Assembly (NCBI RefSeq): GCF_006345805.1
Contig: NC_043000.1
Coordinates: 131,068,001 to 131,132,000 of the forward strand
Direction of reading: 5' to 3'
DNA length: 64,000 nt
Source: Octopus sinensis
Taxonomy: Eukaryota
Shown: one piece after another, positions 12,520-27,897 of the stretch
Layout: each line of letters begins with the position of its first letter
How positions within the stretch are numbered: position 1 is the first letter of the stretch
Program-made: the position numbers and the translations under genes
Notes under the pieces: generated by a model
Database searches by the model: none
Told to the model about the DNA's origin: nothing
What the model saw: only the letters and a program-made list of their open reading frames with translations

Positions 12520-14290
12520 CTTCTTTTTTGCACACTATATCTAATTCCTTTTATGCTTAACTTCAGTCTCAATACATTAGAACTTTGTCTTACATGAGCA
12601 CAAACACTGTACATCCAATAGAGCTTATTTGCTTCGTTCCTCTCTAGTATTTGCATGTCCACTGCATTCAGAGCCCATGTGTCACTACCTTGCAGGACTG
12701 ATTTTCACGCTCAAGCAACACAATTTACCTTTCACTCAGAAAGAAATGTATTTGGTTCCAGCCTAGTTAATAGTTCGCTGAACTTTCTCCATCCTATTTT
12801 TATTCTAGCAACTATATTTTCAGAACTTTCTCCTCCACTGCTAATTAAGTCGACTAGTACACTGTATGCAATTCCTGTCTATAACTTTCTGACATATCAA
12901 GCCACTTACTTAAAGTGAGTAAAATTGCTTCTCTGCTTACAAGAACTAGGTCATTGCTAAGTTATCTTTAAGGTCCTAATTCCAGTTTTTGCTTCCAAAT
13001 GTGGAAAGTCTTTTGTAATTCTATAATAGATTCTGTCATGCGAGGGGCAGAAGGCCTTCAAAACCCTCTGTATGGCCTGAGAGTCATTGGTGAATAGGAG
13101 AGGACTGAGAACAGAAACCTGAACTCTTGAAAGCACTCCTGTACATAGCCTGTATAGTTTTCAGTAGCCAATTCTCTTCCTCAAGCTTCCTCACACACCA
13201 TCAGATGATACACCAACAGAATTTCTTAAAGGTTTTCTCCAGGTCAACAAAAGCCAAGTACAATCCTTTACTCTTACCTAATTAATTCTCTTGCAGATGT
13301 CTGACTAAGATAGCACCAAGAGTACTTTTCCCAGATACAAAAATCAAAAAAGTGATTTCTAATTAACTGGGCTATAACTCCCTCCATAACTTACCTTAAC
13401 TTATCCAGCAACTTGATTCCTCCATAAGTATTTCTAAGGCATCTCCTTTATCCTTCTAACAAATAACTATAATGCTGCTGTACAAGTCATTATGGATAAT
13501 ATCTTCATCTATAACCTAATTTTTTATAAAAGTAACTAGGTGCAGGGGTGGCCGTGTGGTAAGTAGCTTGTTTACCAACCACATGGGCAAGTGTCTTCTA
13601 CTATAGCCTCGGGCCGACCAAAGCCTTGAGAGTGGATTTGGTAGACGGAAACTGAAAGAAGCCTGTCGTATATATGCATATATATATGTGTGTATGTTTG
13701 TGTGTGTGTATGTTTGTGTGTTTGTGTTTGTCCCCCCAACATCGTTTGACAACCGATGCTGGTGTGTTTACGTCCCCGTCACTTAGTGGTTCGGCAAAAG
13801 AGACTGATAGAATAAGTACTGGGCTTACAAAGAATAAGTTCCGGGGTCGAGTTGTTCGAATAAAGGCAGTGCTCCAGCATGGCCGCAGTCAAATGACTGA
13901 AACAAGTAAAAGAGAGAGTAAAAGAGTAAAGAGTAACTAGACTATATCCTACCCCAGCTCTTTTTTTAAACATCCCAGCAGTAATTCCTGAGGCATGAGG
14001 ACTATGTTTCTCTTTATATCCTTAATTGACCGATCTATTATATTACTGCTATTGAGATAGCTGGTCCCCACGTTAGGCTCATAATAGAAAGACCCTCTTC
14101 CTCCCATGTACATGTCACTCTTCCACATGCTCTAAGACGCTGGCAAACCTCTTCCTTTCTGCTTCTACGCTTGCTAAATACACCTCATTCCTAAGTTGCT
14201 TTTCTAGTTACCTAACATAGCTTTCTGCTGCCTACGGCTTTCTAGTTTTATCAAGACTACCACTTTGCTTTTATAGCCTTGTCTAAAAAA
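12520..14290 (-). mobile_element. Degenerate RTE-type LINE (RT region), interrupted by a SINE at ~13543-13935
   Basis: Stop/frameshift-ridden remnants: [54 protein letters not shown]. Confidence 0.7.
13543..13935 (+). mobile_element. SINE family A
   Basis: Same head/microsatellite/tail; inserted in the RTE remnant. Confidence 0.8.
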
Positions 14291-14347
14291 GAAAATGAGC
14301 TACAAATAATAAGTGAAAGTGGGTAGTAACAAGAATTTGACAATAAA

Positions 14348-14745
14348 GGCACAGGAGTGGCTGTGTGGTAAGTAGCTTGCTAACCAACCACATGGTTCTG
14401 GGTTCAGTCCCATTGTGTGGCATCTTGGGCAAGTGTCTTCTGCTATAGCCTCGGGTTGACCAATGCCTTGTGAGTGGATTTGGTAGACGGAAACTGAAAG
14501 AAGCCTGTCGTATATATGTATATATATATGCATGTGTGTGTGTTTGTGTGTCTGTGTTTGTCCCCCTAGCATTGCTTGAAAACCGATGCTGGTGTGTTTA
14601 CGTCCCCGTCACTTAGCGGTTCGGCAAAAGAGACCGATAGAATAAGTACTGGGCTTACAAAGAATAAGTCCCGGGGTCGATTTGCTCGACTAAAGGCAGT
14701 GCTCCAGCATAGCCACAGTCAAATGACTGAAACAAGTAAAAGAGA
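14348..14745 (+). mobile_element. SINE family A
   Basis: Same head/microsatellite/tail. Confidence 0.8.
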
Positions 14746-14839
14746 AAAGAGAGAAAGAGAAAGTGTAATAAAGTTATATTAAATAAAATACAAGATAAAT
14801 TCATCATTTATTGAAGCAACCACTGACAACTTGAAATTT

Positions 14840-15733
<894 letters not shown>

Positions 15734-16162
15734 TTATCTTCTTCACTTTTATATATTTTATTGCTAATAAATATTTGTACTACTGTGATCCTTGTCAATA
15801 TATGATGTGGGTTGCAAACTCCTTTATACATCCATTGAAGTTTAAATCAGAGGCAAAATAGTCTTGCACACATTCCAGACAGTCAAGAAGACAATTGCTG
15901 CTATCAATCTGAGTTGAGGGAAAATTATGTCTCTTTGGTATAACATTTTCTTTTGAGTCTTTGAACAAGAATAAATATTGATGAAGTATACAATTCTTAG
16001 ATGCCAATGACATTTGTTTTTCTGAAATAGAGGAGAAACAACAGTATGAGATAGAGATAAGGTATCGAAATAAACATTTACCTGAACAAATGAAATGTTT
16101 CTCTCTATTTCCATGGTGTATATTACAATGGTGAGAAGAAATGTGTACGTGTGTGTGTGTGA

Positions 16163-16196
<34 letters not shown>

Positions 16197-16256
16197 TTTA
16201 TAATTAGGGTTTAGCAACTGATTACTTCTTAATTAATTAATTTCACCCTTTGTTAT

Positions 16257-16292
<36 letters not shown>

Positions 16293-17955
16293 TACAGGTG
16301 TAATAATGTGGTAAAGAAGCCTGCTTCTTGACTATGATGTTTTCAGTTCAATCCCACTGTGTGGCACTGTCTTACACTACAGCCCTGAGCCGGACAAAGC
16401 CTTGTGAATGGATTTGAAGACAAAAACTGGAAGAAGCCTGCTATGTGTATATATATATATATATCTACATACATAATATGATGGTGGCAGGAATATGTGT
16501 ATGTTTGATATGATGGTTGTGATTGTCATCAATTTACTATAATGGGCATTATGTCTGTCTCTTCCTTTTTCACAGGCAAACAGCTGGACCAATGGTCACA
16601 ATATTTTTGGGGATTACAAAGGAGGAAATCAGGAAGGATTTTAGCGTAAAAAACGTGAAAAAGTATGATTATTTAGTGGATATTGAGTTTTGTATTAATA
16701 AATCACCTTTGATTCTTTTTTGTTAAAATTCCGGCGATGAGGAGTAACTCTGGATTTCCCCACCCCTGCATAGTTCATGAATTTAGAGGGTTTAGATTTG
16801 CGATATTATCCCTTTATTTCCCCTCGTAGGTGGACAGATTTGCTATCTTACTATAATGGGCATTATGTCCGTCTGTCCATCTCTTTGTCTGTTTCATCTT
16901 CTGCCAATTGAAATCAAAATTGTTTGCACAGGTTGCTCATAGGTCCCAGGTTGCTCATAGCAAAACTCTCCCTGCTGGGGACTTTATGAGCCAGAATTTC
17001 CCATTTTATAACTGATGAACAGATATTAGGCTAGTCCATCATGTTAAAGATGTGAGCAGTCCAAGTACAACTAAATGGATCTGACCATCACATGAACCAG
17101 AATGAGCAGTCAAAAGTAAAAAGCTACAATATGGGCAGCTAAAGTTCACAAGCACTAAGCTGTTCAGCATGTGTACAAATATCGAGAAAAGAAAAACATT
17201 GAAAATTCAATTTAAGAAAATTTACTTTATTATAAATATTTATATTTATATGCAATTACGTAAGTTGTTTCACAAATTTTGGACATTTTTAAAGTTAAGG
17301 AACTATAGAGGGTTTTATCACATGTTTTGAGGGGCAGTTCTTATTAGGCTGATGTGAAATGGCCCATTACATATTCTGTCCAAAGCAAGCTGTTAGCCAC
17401 TTGTTTGAGGACATCACCACTTAATTAAGAAATATCAATTTTTATTTTTGTTTGCCAAAACTTTTATTGAAGATTTCCAAACATTGTGTTACAGTTTCAA
17501 ATTTTAGTTAGGGATCCATTACATGCCTGTACAATATGTTCCCATAGCTTAAATTTAATACTTCAGCATTGAGATTATGTCAAACGTAATATTTATTCGC
17601 GTACTTTTGAATTAATCAAGTATTATCTCATAGCTTCATGATTTTGATTCTGTGGTTTATTATTTATAGAATGACATTGTAGGATTGTCAGAAGAGGCCA
17701 GATCTGGGTGGCTTGAACATTAAACAGATAGAATATTTGGACCAGATATGGCTGCTTCAATGCCAAAGTGTCCAATAACACTCTGAAATTCCTAGTCTTC
17801 CCACTTTATTTTTCTTCTAATAAAAACTATAGATCAAATATACAGAGAGAAAATATGTTTATATAAAATATAAACCACAACTTAAAACTAACATATTGTA
17901 CAGATATGTAAATTGTATTGTATTTACTTTGGCCTAAATCTTGATCCTGATACCA

Positions 17956-19560
<1,605 letters not shown>

Positions 19561-21235
19561 CCGAATATCTACAACTGTCAAATCAGTTAATTCTAAATAT
19601 ATAAATATTTTTTTATCTATTGCTATGTTCCCCATCAGCTGTGATCTTCATCAATATCACAAGATATTGTGAACTTTTTTTTTGTAAATCTGTCCAAGTT
19701 AATGAGAACACAAAATCATTTTATAAACATTCCAGTTGAGAAGAAATACTTATCAATAATGTTTCATTGATATTCACCAGATATTTATGTAAAGTTCATC
19801 CTGATCTGAATGATATTTTCCTCTACTTGTTAAAAAAATAATAATAATATATGTTGCATCTGATGTAAATACTTCTCTGAGGGCAATATCATCTGATAAT
19901 CTGTAATAACAGAGTAAAAAAAATAGTGTTAGGTATGGAGAGAATACCTGAAAATAGAGATACAACAGGGGACATTTTTATAAAGACAAACAAGAAAATT
20001 TTCACTGAACAATCAAAATCATCCTGTGTTTACACACAAATGTCACTGAATACATATGTATGCTCTGTGCATGAATTTGGAAACTGTGTTGAAGCCCATC
20101 GTATATACACAGACTGGCTGTGTGATAAGAAGTTTGCCTCCCACTGTGTAGCACCTTGCGCAAGTGTCTTCTACTGTAGCCTTGAGCTAACCAAAGCCTT
20201 GAGAGTGGATTTGGTAGATAGAAACTAAACGATCATCATGTAGGCACAGGTGTGGTTGTGTGGTACAAAACTTGCTTCCCAACCACATGGTTCTGGGTTC
20301 AGTCCCACTGTGTGGCACCCTAGGCAAGTGTCTTCTACTATAGCCTTGAGAGTGGATTTGGGAGATGGAAACTAAAAGACCATCATGTAGGCACAGGTGT
20401 GGTTGTGTGGTATGAACTTGCTTCCCAACCACATGGTTCTGGGTTCAGTCCCACTGTGTGGCACCCTTCTACTATAGCCTTGATCGACCAAAGCCTTGTG
20501 AGTGGATTTGGTAGACGGAAACTGAAAGAAGCCCATTGCCTACCCACACACACACACATATATATATATAAGACCAAAGTGTATGTACGCCGCTATATTT
20601 TATATATAAAAAATACAAAAATGGGACAAGAACACAAAACATCCAGACAGACGATACAAGGAAGACCAGGATGGGTCATTAGGAGTTTTCTATCCTCAGA
20701 CGAGTTCCAGATTATCTTTGCCTTTTTGGCTGGTTATACTCGAGATTGCTCCAATCTGGTCAGCCCCAAGGAAAAACTAAGCTAAGAGCATTAGGTTCCT
20801 TGGAAGAAAGCAGCAAATGTATACAAAAACTGGGCATTACTACAGATGTGTGCCCCAATGAATTGGTTTTTTTTTTCTCTGTCTTTCTATAACTTTAGAG
20901 TTCAATCGGAATTTGTTGTGAAAACTTTTTCCGCAAGGGTAGAGAGGAATTTCCTCAAAACTGTCTAAAAAACCTGATATTTTTTCATAAAATTTTCTAC
21001 AAATCTGTTTCAGATGGAGCAGATTACGATTATGAAGGAATTTTATGTAAAAAATAAACTGACAATAAACTTCAGGGCAGAGTTGAATAATTCAATAATT
21101 TCGACTTTGTTTCCTCATACATTTTGATGAAATGTGTGAATTATCGCCGCAATTATTATTTTCTTTTCATAAATCAAATTCCAATAAACTCGTAATGTAA
21201 GCCATCTGAAAGGCATTTGTTGTAAGACTTATTTT

Positions 21236-21650
21236 GGATCTTTTCAGTTTGAACGGCAGTTTTTTCTAGCGGTGTCATATGAAATTGTCACCCATAATTA
21301 TGACCCTAGTATCGATCTATTGCATTTCAATCTGTTTTAGGGTTAGGGTTAGGGGTGGGGGAAAGGGTATCTGTTTTTCTTCACAAATGTAAATAAACCC
21401 AATCTGTTTCTTAAACGAGGGACATATTCATACGACACAGAATGTTTTCACCTCAATAGACGTCATTGATTGGTTGAAATTGCAGAAATTGAAGAAAAAA
21501 ACAACAAATATCTTACAAACTATAGAATTTTCTCAATAAAGCCAAGAGAAAAAGATGTTTTATAAACACATTCTACCAGTATACGAAGTTTAAAAGTGTT
21601 TAGTTACGTGGAAATTATTTTAAAAACTGCCGTTCAAACCGAAAAGATCC
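21236..21650. mobile_element. Intact 415-bp MITE with 29-bp TIRs and 8-bp TSD
   Basis: TIRs GGATCTTTTCAGTTTGAACGGCAGTTTTT / AAAAACTGCCGTTCAAACCGAAAAGATCC (1 mismatch). TSD CTTATTTT at 21228-21235 and 21651-21658. Confidence 0.88.
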
Positions 21651-21836
21651 CTTATTTTAAAATATCCAGCTTTTACACGACTAAAAATCTGTTTAATCAT
21701 TAATTTTTAGACAAAGTGGTGGAGGATAGAAACAATATTGATGTCCGACAAGCAATATCAATACATTAAAAGTTAGTGGAATCAACGAAAATATACAAAA
21801 TCAATACATATAATGCTTTTGAGCTTTAATACTTAC

Positions 21837-21962
21837 AGAAATGATGTTTTATGTGACATTGTCGTAAGATTGTGAAACAGTTCGAAGAAAACAATTCGGA
21901 AGAAAATAATAAGATGGTCTCAAAACGGAAATGGGGAAGGAAACAATCCTTATGCGCATGCG
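21837..21962 (-). promoter_or_regulatory. Candidate promoter / non-coding first exon for the ZNF genes
   Basis: TGCGCATGCG (NRF-1-like, 21953-21962), CGGAAATG (Ets-like), AAGATGG (YY1-like), then a minus-strand GTAAGT donor at 21836. Motif-level only. Confidence 0.25.
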
Positions 21963-22216
21963 TGCTCAAATATGCATGCCTACATATACACGTGTATATT
22001 TCTTTACTACCCGCAAAGTGTTAAAGACAGAGGGGACAAACAAGGGATTAAGTCGATTACATCGACCCCAGTGCATAACTGGTACTGGGATTGCGCCTTG
22101 TCCTGATGAAACATCACTCCTTTTTGATTCACTAAAGCGGATATTTTTTCTTCAAAGCTTGGTTCAAACGCTCTAATTGCTGACAGTAGACTTGAGCATT
22201 GATTGTTGCATTAGGT

Positions 22217-22417
22217 CAGTGGTTTTCAACCAGGGTTCCGCCAGTACAGTCCAGGGGTTCCGCAAGAAGTTACAAAACTGCTAAAATCGGCAGTAATTTG
22301 TAATTCTCCTGTGCAGATATGTGTGCATAAGACTATCAAATTATTGTACAGGGGTTCCTTGAGCCAGTGGAATGTTTCCTTGGGGTTCCACTCCAGCAAA
22401 AAGGTTGAAAAGCACTG
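22217..22417. mobile_element. hAT/Charlie-type MITE
   Basis: Termini CAGTGGTTTTCAACC...GGTTGAAAAGCACTG; TSD diverged. Confidence 0.7.
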
Positions 22418-22549
22418 CTCTAACGTATATTTTTTTTAGATGTGACTTCTTTTATATCCTGCAGTTTCGATACCTTATGATTTCAAAATGATTATTCGTC
22501 TATTATTCCTTTTACTAATATTTTTTTTAATAGCTCATCCTAACTTAAC

Positions 22550-24235
22550 TTTCAACAGACATGGACTTTACCTCCTGTGTTAGTGGTTGCTTCATAATTA
22601 TCACAACGGGTATTTTTACAACAAATCTTAAAATACCATATATATTATATTTTGACTTACAACACAAGCCATGAGCAAATTTGTACAGAGCATTCAAGTG
22701 ATTTGCATGAAAGGCTGAAGAGTAAGAAGCCCTCAATGCCTGTTCCAGAACCTGTGATTTATAAAGAGCAGAAAGATCATGCTATAAACTGCTACTTTTT
22801 TAATATTTTTAATTTATGATTTTTTTGTTTGAAACAAAAACAGGTTTGAAATCATATACATCAGCTTAGATTCTGTGCCTAGACCTGTATCACATGATTA
22901 AATAACGTCAGTGATAACCCTCCTCAGCCGAGATCAACTCTATTAAAGTTGAACTAGATATTGATGAAGTTAAATTCACTTGGAGAATTGGACTTTCCTC
23001 AGGTTCCAAATACAGACCAAAAGAAAGTATGGATCCAATTCTTTTTACAAGATAAAATTTAAGAGACTATCTGCGAGATTTAGAATGAGAAGAAATCAGT
23101 CAAGGTTTCCCACGCTTATTTGAAGAAAATACAACAGTATGTTACTATAGATCAAGAAATTTCAACTTAGCAGTTCATTTCAAAATGGATTCTTCTATGA
23201 CATAAATGAACTTCTTGCAAGTTTATCTAAATGTATTGTATGAAAATGGAAAACATTTATAGATTCATCGCTTTGAAGTTTAAAAGATATCTTATTCCAT
23301 AATGGTAATATGTAACTATCCCCGTCGATCATTCAGTGCACTTAAAAGAATCTAATTTTAACATGGAAACCTTTTCAGTGCAATTTAATACTGCAATCGC
23401 CTGTGGAATGTATGCGAAAATCTTAAAGCAATTGCTATGTTAATGAACATGCAAGCAAAATTCATTAAGAACTGCAACTCTTTATATCTTAAGATTATAA
23501 TATAAAAGAATGGTCATCATTAATTTCTGAAAGAATTAATACTCAATCAATTCCAGTAGTTTTATTACTTCTTTGCACTAACCTTCACTAAAGGAAGATA
23601 TTTTGTTTCAATATTGCCCACAAGGGGCTAAACATAGAGGGGATAAACAAGGACAAACAAACGGATTAAGTCGATTACATCGACCCCAGTGCACAACTAG
23701 TACTTAATGTATCGACCCCGAAAGGATGAAAGGCAAAGCAGAATTTGAACTTAGAACGTAATGACAGACGAAATACCGCTAAGCATTTCATCCAGTGTGC
23801 TAAAGTTTCTGCCAGCTCATCGCCTTCTAAAGGAAGATATTTGTTAAGGTCATAAGTGAAAAATACCAAAATTTTTAGAACCTCAAATAAGAAGAATATT
23901 AAAAGATAAAACTTTTGATGAAAATCTCATAGAACATGAGCTAAAAGATTTGACATGAATTCATATAGATCTGTGCTGACTTCTTAAAAATGACTTTTTT
24001 ATCTTTCCTGTTGAAATGGAATTAAAACTGATTGACACTTTCAGAAATATGAGCGGCCACATGTCTTCTAAAATTACATTTCATGTATTCACACATTTAT
24101 TTTATTTTCCTGAAAATCCTTGTACAGTTAGTGATGAACAAGAAAATTTTTTCCACAGGAATACTTTGTGGAAACTCAACATTAAGGATTCGGGAATAAT
24201 GGCAGGCTTAATTCTGGCTGGTGTATTGTGATGAC
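22550..24235 (+). mobile_element. Degenerate Chapaev3-like transposase, interrupted by a SINE
   Basis: Motifs in order across frames: KP*AN, SMPVPEPVIYKEQKDHAINCYF, SVPRPVSHD, NLRDYLRDL, WKTFIDSS..LFHNGN..HSVHLKES, LWNVCENLKAIAML, HMSSKITFHVFTHLFYFPENPCTVSDEQ. Many stops and frameshifts. Confidence 0.65.
23604..23826 (-). mobile_element. SINE family B (tRNA-derived; central GCCTTTCATCCTTTCGGGGTCGATAAATTAAGTACCAG block)
   Basis: 16-bp TSD CTAAAGGAAGATATTT (23588-23603, 23827-23842). Other approximate copies: 6696-6821+, 7316-7545-, 11064-11280+, 40255-40485-, 53779-54008-, 60460-60690-, 62300-62528-, 62760-62990+. The central block resembles the conserved Meta/MESC-type SINE domain (from recall). 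Confidence 0.85.
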
Positions 24236-24289
24236 ACATATCACATTTACAGAAAAGTCATATTTATCACATTTTTATATTACAGGCAT

Positions 24290-24680
24290 GTATGTATTAC
24301 ATACATACATACATACACACACACACATACATACCTTCATACATACATACACACACACACATACATACGTACGTACGTACATACATACATACATACACTC
24401 ACACATACATACAAACACACACGCATACATGCATACATACATACACACACACACATACGTACATACATACCACACACATACATACATACATACACACATA
24501 CACACGCATACATACATACACACATACATACATACACACACACACACATACATACGTACGTACATACATACACACATACATACATACATACATACACACA
24601 CACACTCATACATACTACATACACACACACTCATACATACATACATACACACACACATACGTACGTACATACATACATAT
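24290..24680. repeat. (TACA/CA)n compound microsatellite
   Basis: Direct; matching tract at 27904-28070. Confidence 0.95.
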
Positions 24681-24781
24681 ATAACGGGAAGCTTTATGAA
24701 AATAGACAAAAGACGAAGGCAGGTGGAAAACAAACGAACAATTGTATTAGTATGGCGCTCAGGAAATATAAATAAAACAAG

Positions 24782-24819
24782 TCTTTAACGTTTCGAGCCT
24801 ACGCTCTTCAACAGAAAGA
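24782..24819 (-). ncRNA. Minimal type I hammerhead-ribozyme-like motif (variant core CUGUUGA)
   Basis: Minus strand reads UCUUU-CUGUUGA-A-GAGC-GUAG-GCUC-GAAA-C-GUU-AAAGA: stem I UCUUU/AAAGA, stem II GAGC/GCUC, palindromic AACGUU stem III, predicted cut after GUU (24787/24786). Confidence 0.75.
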
Positions 24820-25608
24820 TACACAGAAAAGAAACACGGGGAGAAAAAAAACACAGAAAGAAGGAGAGAAAAAAAATGCGTGCAGTAGCTAACGAATCAA
24901 CATGGCGATCTGATTTCGGCCAGAGGTCAAAGATCAAACATGAGACGCGAGAGCGAAATAAGGGGAGATAATAGAGTTGATAATATGGTTGAAGGACCAG
25001 CTAATAGTGCGTAGGAGGGGTCTGGACGTGTGTATGTATAGGGTTGGTGTATGTATTAGTATGTATAAGGGTGTGTGTGTGTATGAGAGAGTATTAGTGC
25101 GTAGGATTGGTGTGGACGTGCGTATGTATGGGGTTGGTGTATGTATTAGTATGTATTAGTATGTATTAGTACGTATTAGTATGTATAAGTGTGTGTGTAT
25201 GAGAGAGTATAAGTGCGTATGAGGGGTCTGGACGTGTGTATGTATAGGGTTGGTGTATGTATTAGTATGTATTAGTATGTATTAGTACGTATTAGTATGT
25301 ATTAGTTGGTGTATGTATTAGTATGGCACATCATATATGATGTGATGTGTGAAGTCGTGTGGTGTAGTGAGGAGAAGAGGGGGGAGAGGGGGGAAGAGGA
25401 GAGGAGGGGGGAGAGAGAGGAGGGGGAGAAGGAAGGGGAGGAGGGGGGAAGGAGGAAAGAGGGAGAGGGGGAGTGAGGGAGCAGAGGGAAGGGAAAGAGG
25501 GAAGGAGGGAGGGAGAAAGAGGGAAGAAGGGAAGGGGAGTAGGGGTGAAAGGATGAAGGACTGAAGAAGTAGGGGTCGGGGGGAAAGGATAGGTGAGGAG
25601 GGGGGAGA

Positions 25609-27897
25609 GTTGAGACCAAATGGCGTATAAGAGCGAAGAGAGAAGATTAATTCCTGTTCACGGCGCAAACGGGAATCCGGATGGCCTCTGTGTAAGGACA
25701 AACCGAACACAGATAGGTGTTGCAAGGAGTGACCGGTGGAGCGGAAATGGCGTGAGACCGGTGTGTCGTTCGCAAGGTGGATGTCACGAAGGTGTTCCAC
25801 GAACCGGTCAGCCAAGCGGCGTCCCATTTGTCCGATGTACAAGGAATTGCAGAGAGAGCAGGAGATGCAATAGATAATATTGCTGGAGGTGCAGGTGAAG
25901 GAGTGGATGATGGGATAGGGTCGATGGTGGGTGCTAGTGAGGCGGGTGGTGTTGGAGAGGTAAGGGCAAGTGCGGCAACGTGGGCGGGAGCAGGGAAACA
26001 AGCCGGGTTGGGAGGTAGGGTCAGGGAAGGAGCTATGGACCAAAAGGTCTCGAAGGTTGTGGGCTCGTTTGAAAGAGGGGAGGGGTCGGTTAGGGAAGAG
26101 GTGTGAAGTGGACGGGTCGGACTGGAGATGACGGAAAGCTCGAAGAATGGTGCGTTGGAGACGTAGGGTCGTGGGGTGGTAAGTGAGGGGAAAAGGGAGG
26201 CGGGAGACTACAGGGCGGGTTCGGGGAGAGAGAGCCGATACACGGTCCACGGACCGTGCTCTGGCAAGGGCGGTGTGGATAGTGGTGAGGGGGTATCCAC
26301 GTAGGGTGAAGTGGTGAGCCATACGTTGAGACTGAGTCTCAAAGTCATGGTTGTCACTACAGAGCCTACGTAGACGGAGGAATTGGGAATAGGGGATGGA
26401 AAGCTTGGTGTGTTCTGGGTGGGAGGAAGAGAAGTTGAGGTATGAGTGTGAGTCTGTGTGTTTGTAGTGAATGGAGGTGGTAAGAGTGGAGTGAAGAATG
26501 CTAACCGAAATGTCGAGGAAGGAGACAGAGGTGTTGGAGATAGTGGAAGTGAAGTGGAGGGCTGGATGGAAAGATTGGACGAAAGAGAGGAAGGAATCTA
26601 GATGTTCGCGGGAGAGTGAGGTGGCACCGATAATGTCGTCGATGTAACGACCATATAGTTCGGGAGTGGGACCAGTGAAATTAGAGAATATTTGGGCCTC
26701 AACATAGCCAACGAACAGGTTCGCATAGTTGGGGCCCATTCGCGTTCCCATGGCCACTCCCGAGACCTGATGGTAGAACTCGCCCGCGAACGAGAAGCAG
26801 TTCAGAGTAAGGACAAGTTCGGCCAGACGAATGAGTGTGGAGGTGTCAGGTACAGGGTTAGAGCGGAGGTCAAGAAAGTGTCGAAGGGCCTGCAGTCCTT
26901 CGTGGTGAGGGATAACAGTATAGAGGCTTTGGATGTCCATAGTAAAAAGGATTTTGGAGGAGCCGGGAGGAAAGGAGAAAGAGTTGAAAAGCCGGAGAGC
27001 ATGGTTGGTATCGTGGATGTGGGAGGGAAGAGATGCCACTAGGGGGGCAAGGACATGGTCGAGGTATTTAGAGATGAGCTCCGTGGGGCAGTTACAGGCG
27101 GAGACGATGGGGCGGCCAGGGTTGTTGGGTTTGTGGATTTTGGGGAGGAAGTAAATGGTGGGGGTACGTGGGGTTTGCACAATTAGGTTGGATGCAGTGC
27201 GGGGGAGACGGGAGGACGAGATGAGGTCGTTGACAGTAGAGGATACCGTCTGTTGGTAGCTACGTGTGGGGTTAGAGGGCAGAGGGGAATAGAAGGAGGT
27301 GTCATTGAGTTGGCGGAAAGCCTCGGCCCTATAGAGGTCCACGCGCCACACCACTACAGCTCCACCCTTGTCAGCCGGTTTGATGATAATGTCAGCGCGC
27401 CGTTGGAGGGAACGGAGAGCCAAGAGCTCAGCCGGGGAGATGTTGAGGCGGTGTTGGCGCCTGGAGAAGTTGAACCGCTCCAATGCACGCTGACAAGCGC
27501 CCGCGAAAAGATCCACTGCTAGGATCTGGCCAGGGGCAGGCGTCCACGGGGATGGTCGGCGGCCCAGGCCAGTGAAGCAATCCTCTTCGTTGGGTGTGGG
27601 TGGCGAGTCGTGGTAATGCGCACCCAACCGGACACGGCGCACAAAGCTGTGGACATCAACTCGCGTCTGGAATTCCTTACAGGATGGAGTGAGGGGAATG
27701 AAACGCAGACCCCTACCAAGGACGGAGCGTTCAGCCGCAGAGAGGGGAAGATCGGGGGGAATGGTAACAACAGACGGAAGTGGAGAAGGGGTGGGTGGAA
27801 TAGAAGTAGGAGGGGTGGTAGGTCTCGTGGAGGTCTGAGGGGGAGGGATTGGGGAGGTGTGTGGGGGGTGGTTGGGCGGGGCAGTAGGGTTAGGTGT
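25609..27897 (-). CDS. Penelope-like reverse transcriptase / GIY-YIG endonuclease, no internal stops
   Basis: Motifs IKPADKGGAVVVW, YFLPKIHKPNNPGRPIVS, FTMDIQSLYT, GVAMGTRMGPNYANLF, YGRYIDDI, CSRPRCRTC, NIIYCISC..LYIGQMGR..RFVEH, PFGLN. Core of ORF-track 25318..28164. Confidence 0.92.

Noticed and set aside
20675-20710. Second hammerhead (minus-strand CUGAGGA...GAAA)
   Set aside because: No stem II or stem I pairing can be formed in this copy.
21337-21354. Telomeric array
   Set aside because: Only three TTAGGG units, internal to a MITE.
24221-24788. Long His/Thr/Tyr- and Val/Cys/Met-rich ORFs (also 27519-28249, 36629-37210, 38807-39360, 42486-42777, 43380-43677, 44630-45082, 47191-47640)
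   Set aside because: They are translations of (TACA)n, (CA)n, (TCTA)n, (TA)n and triplet microsatellites.
25620-27522. Plus-strand ORFs over the Penelope element
   Set aside because: Antisense shadows of a GC-rich, stop-poor coding strand with no recognisable motifs.
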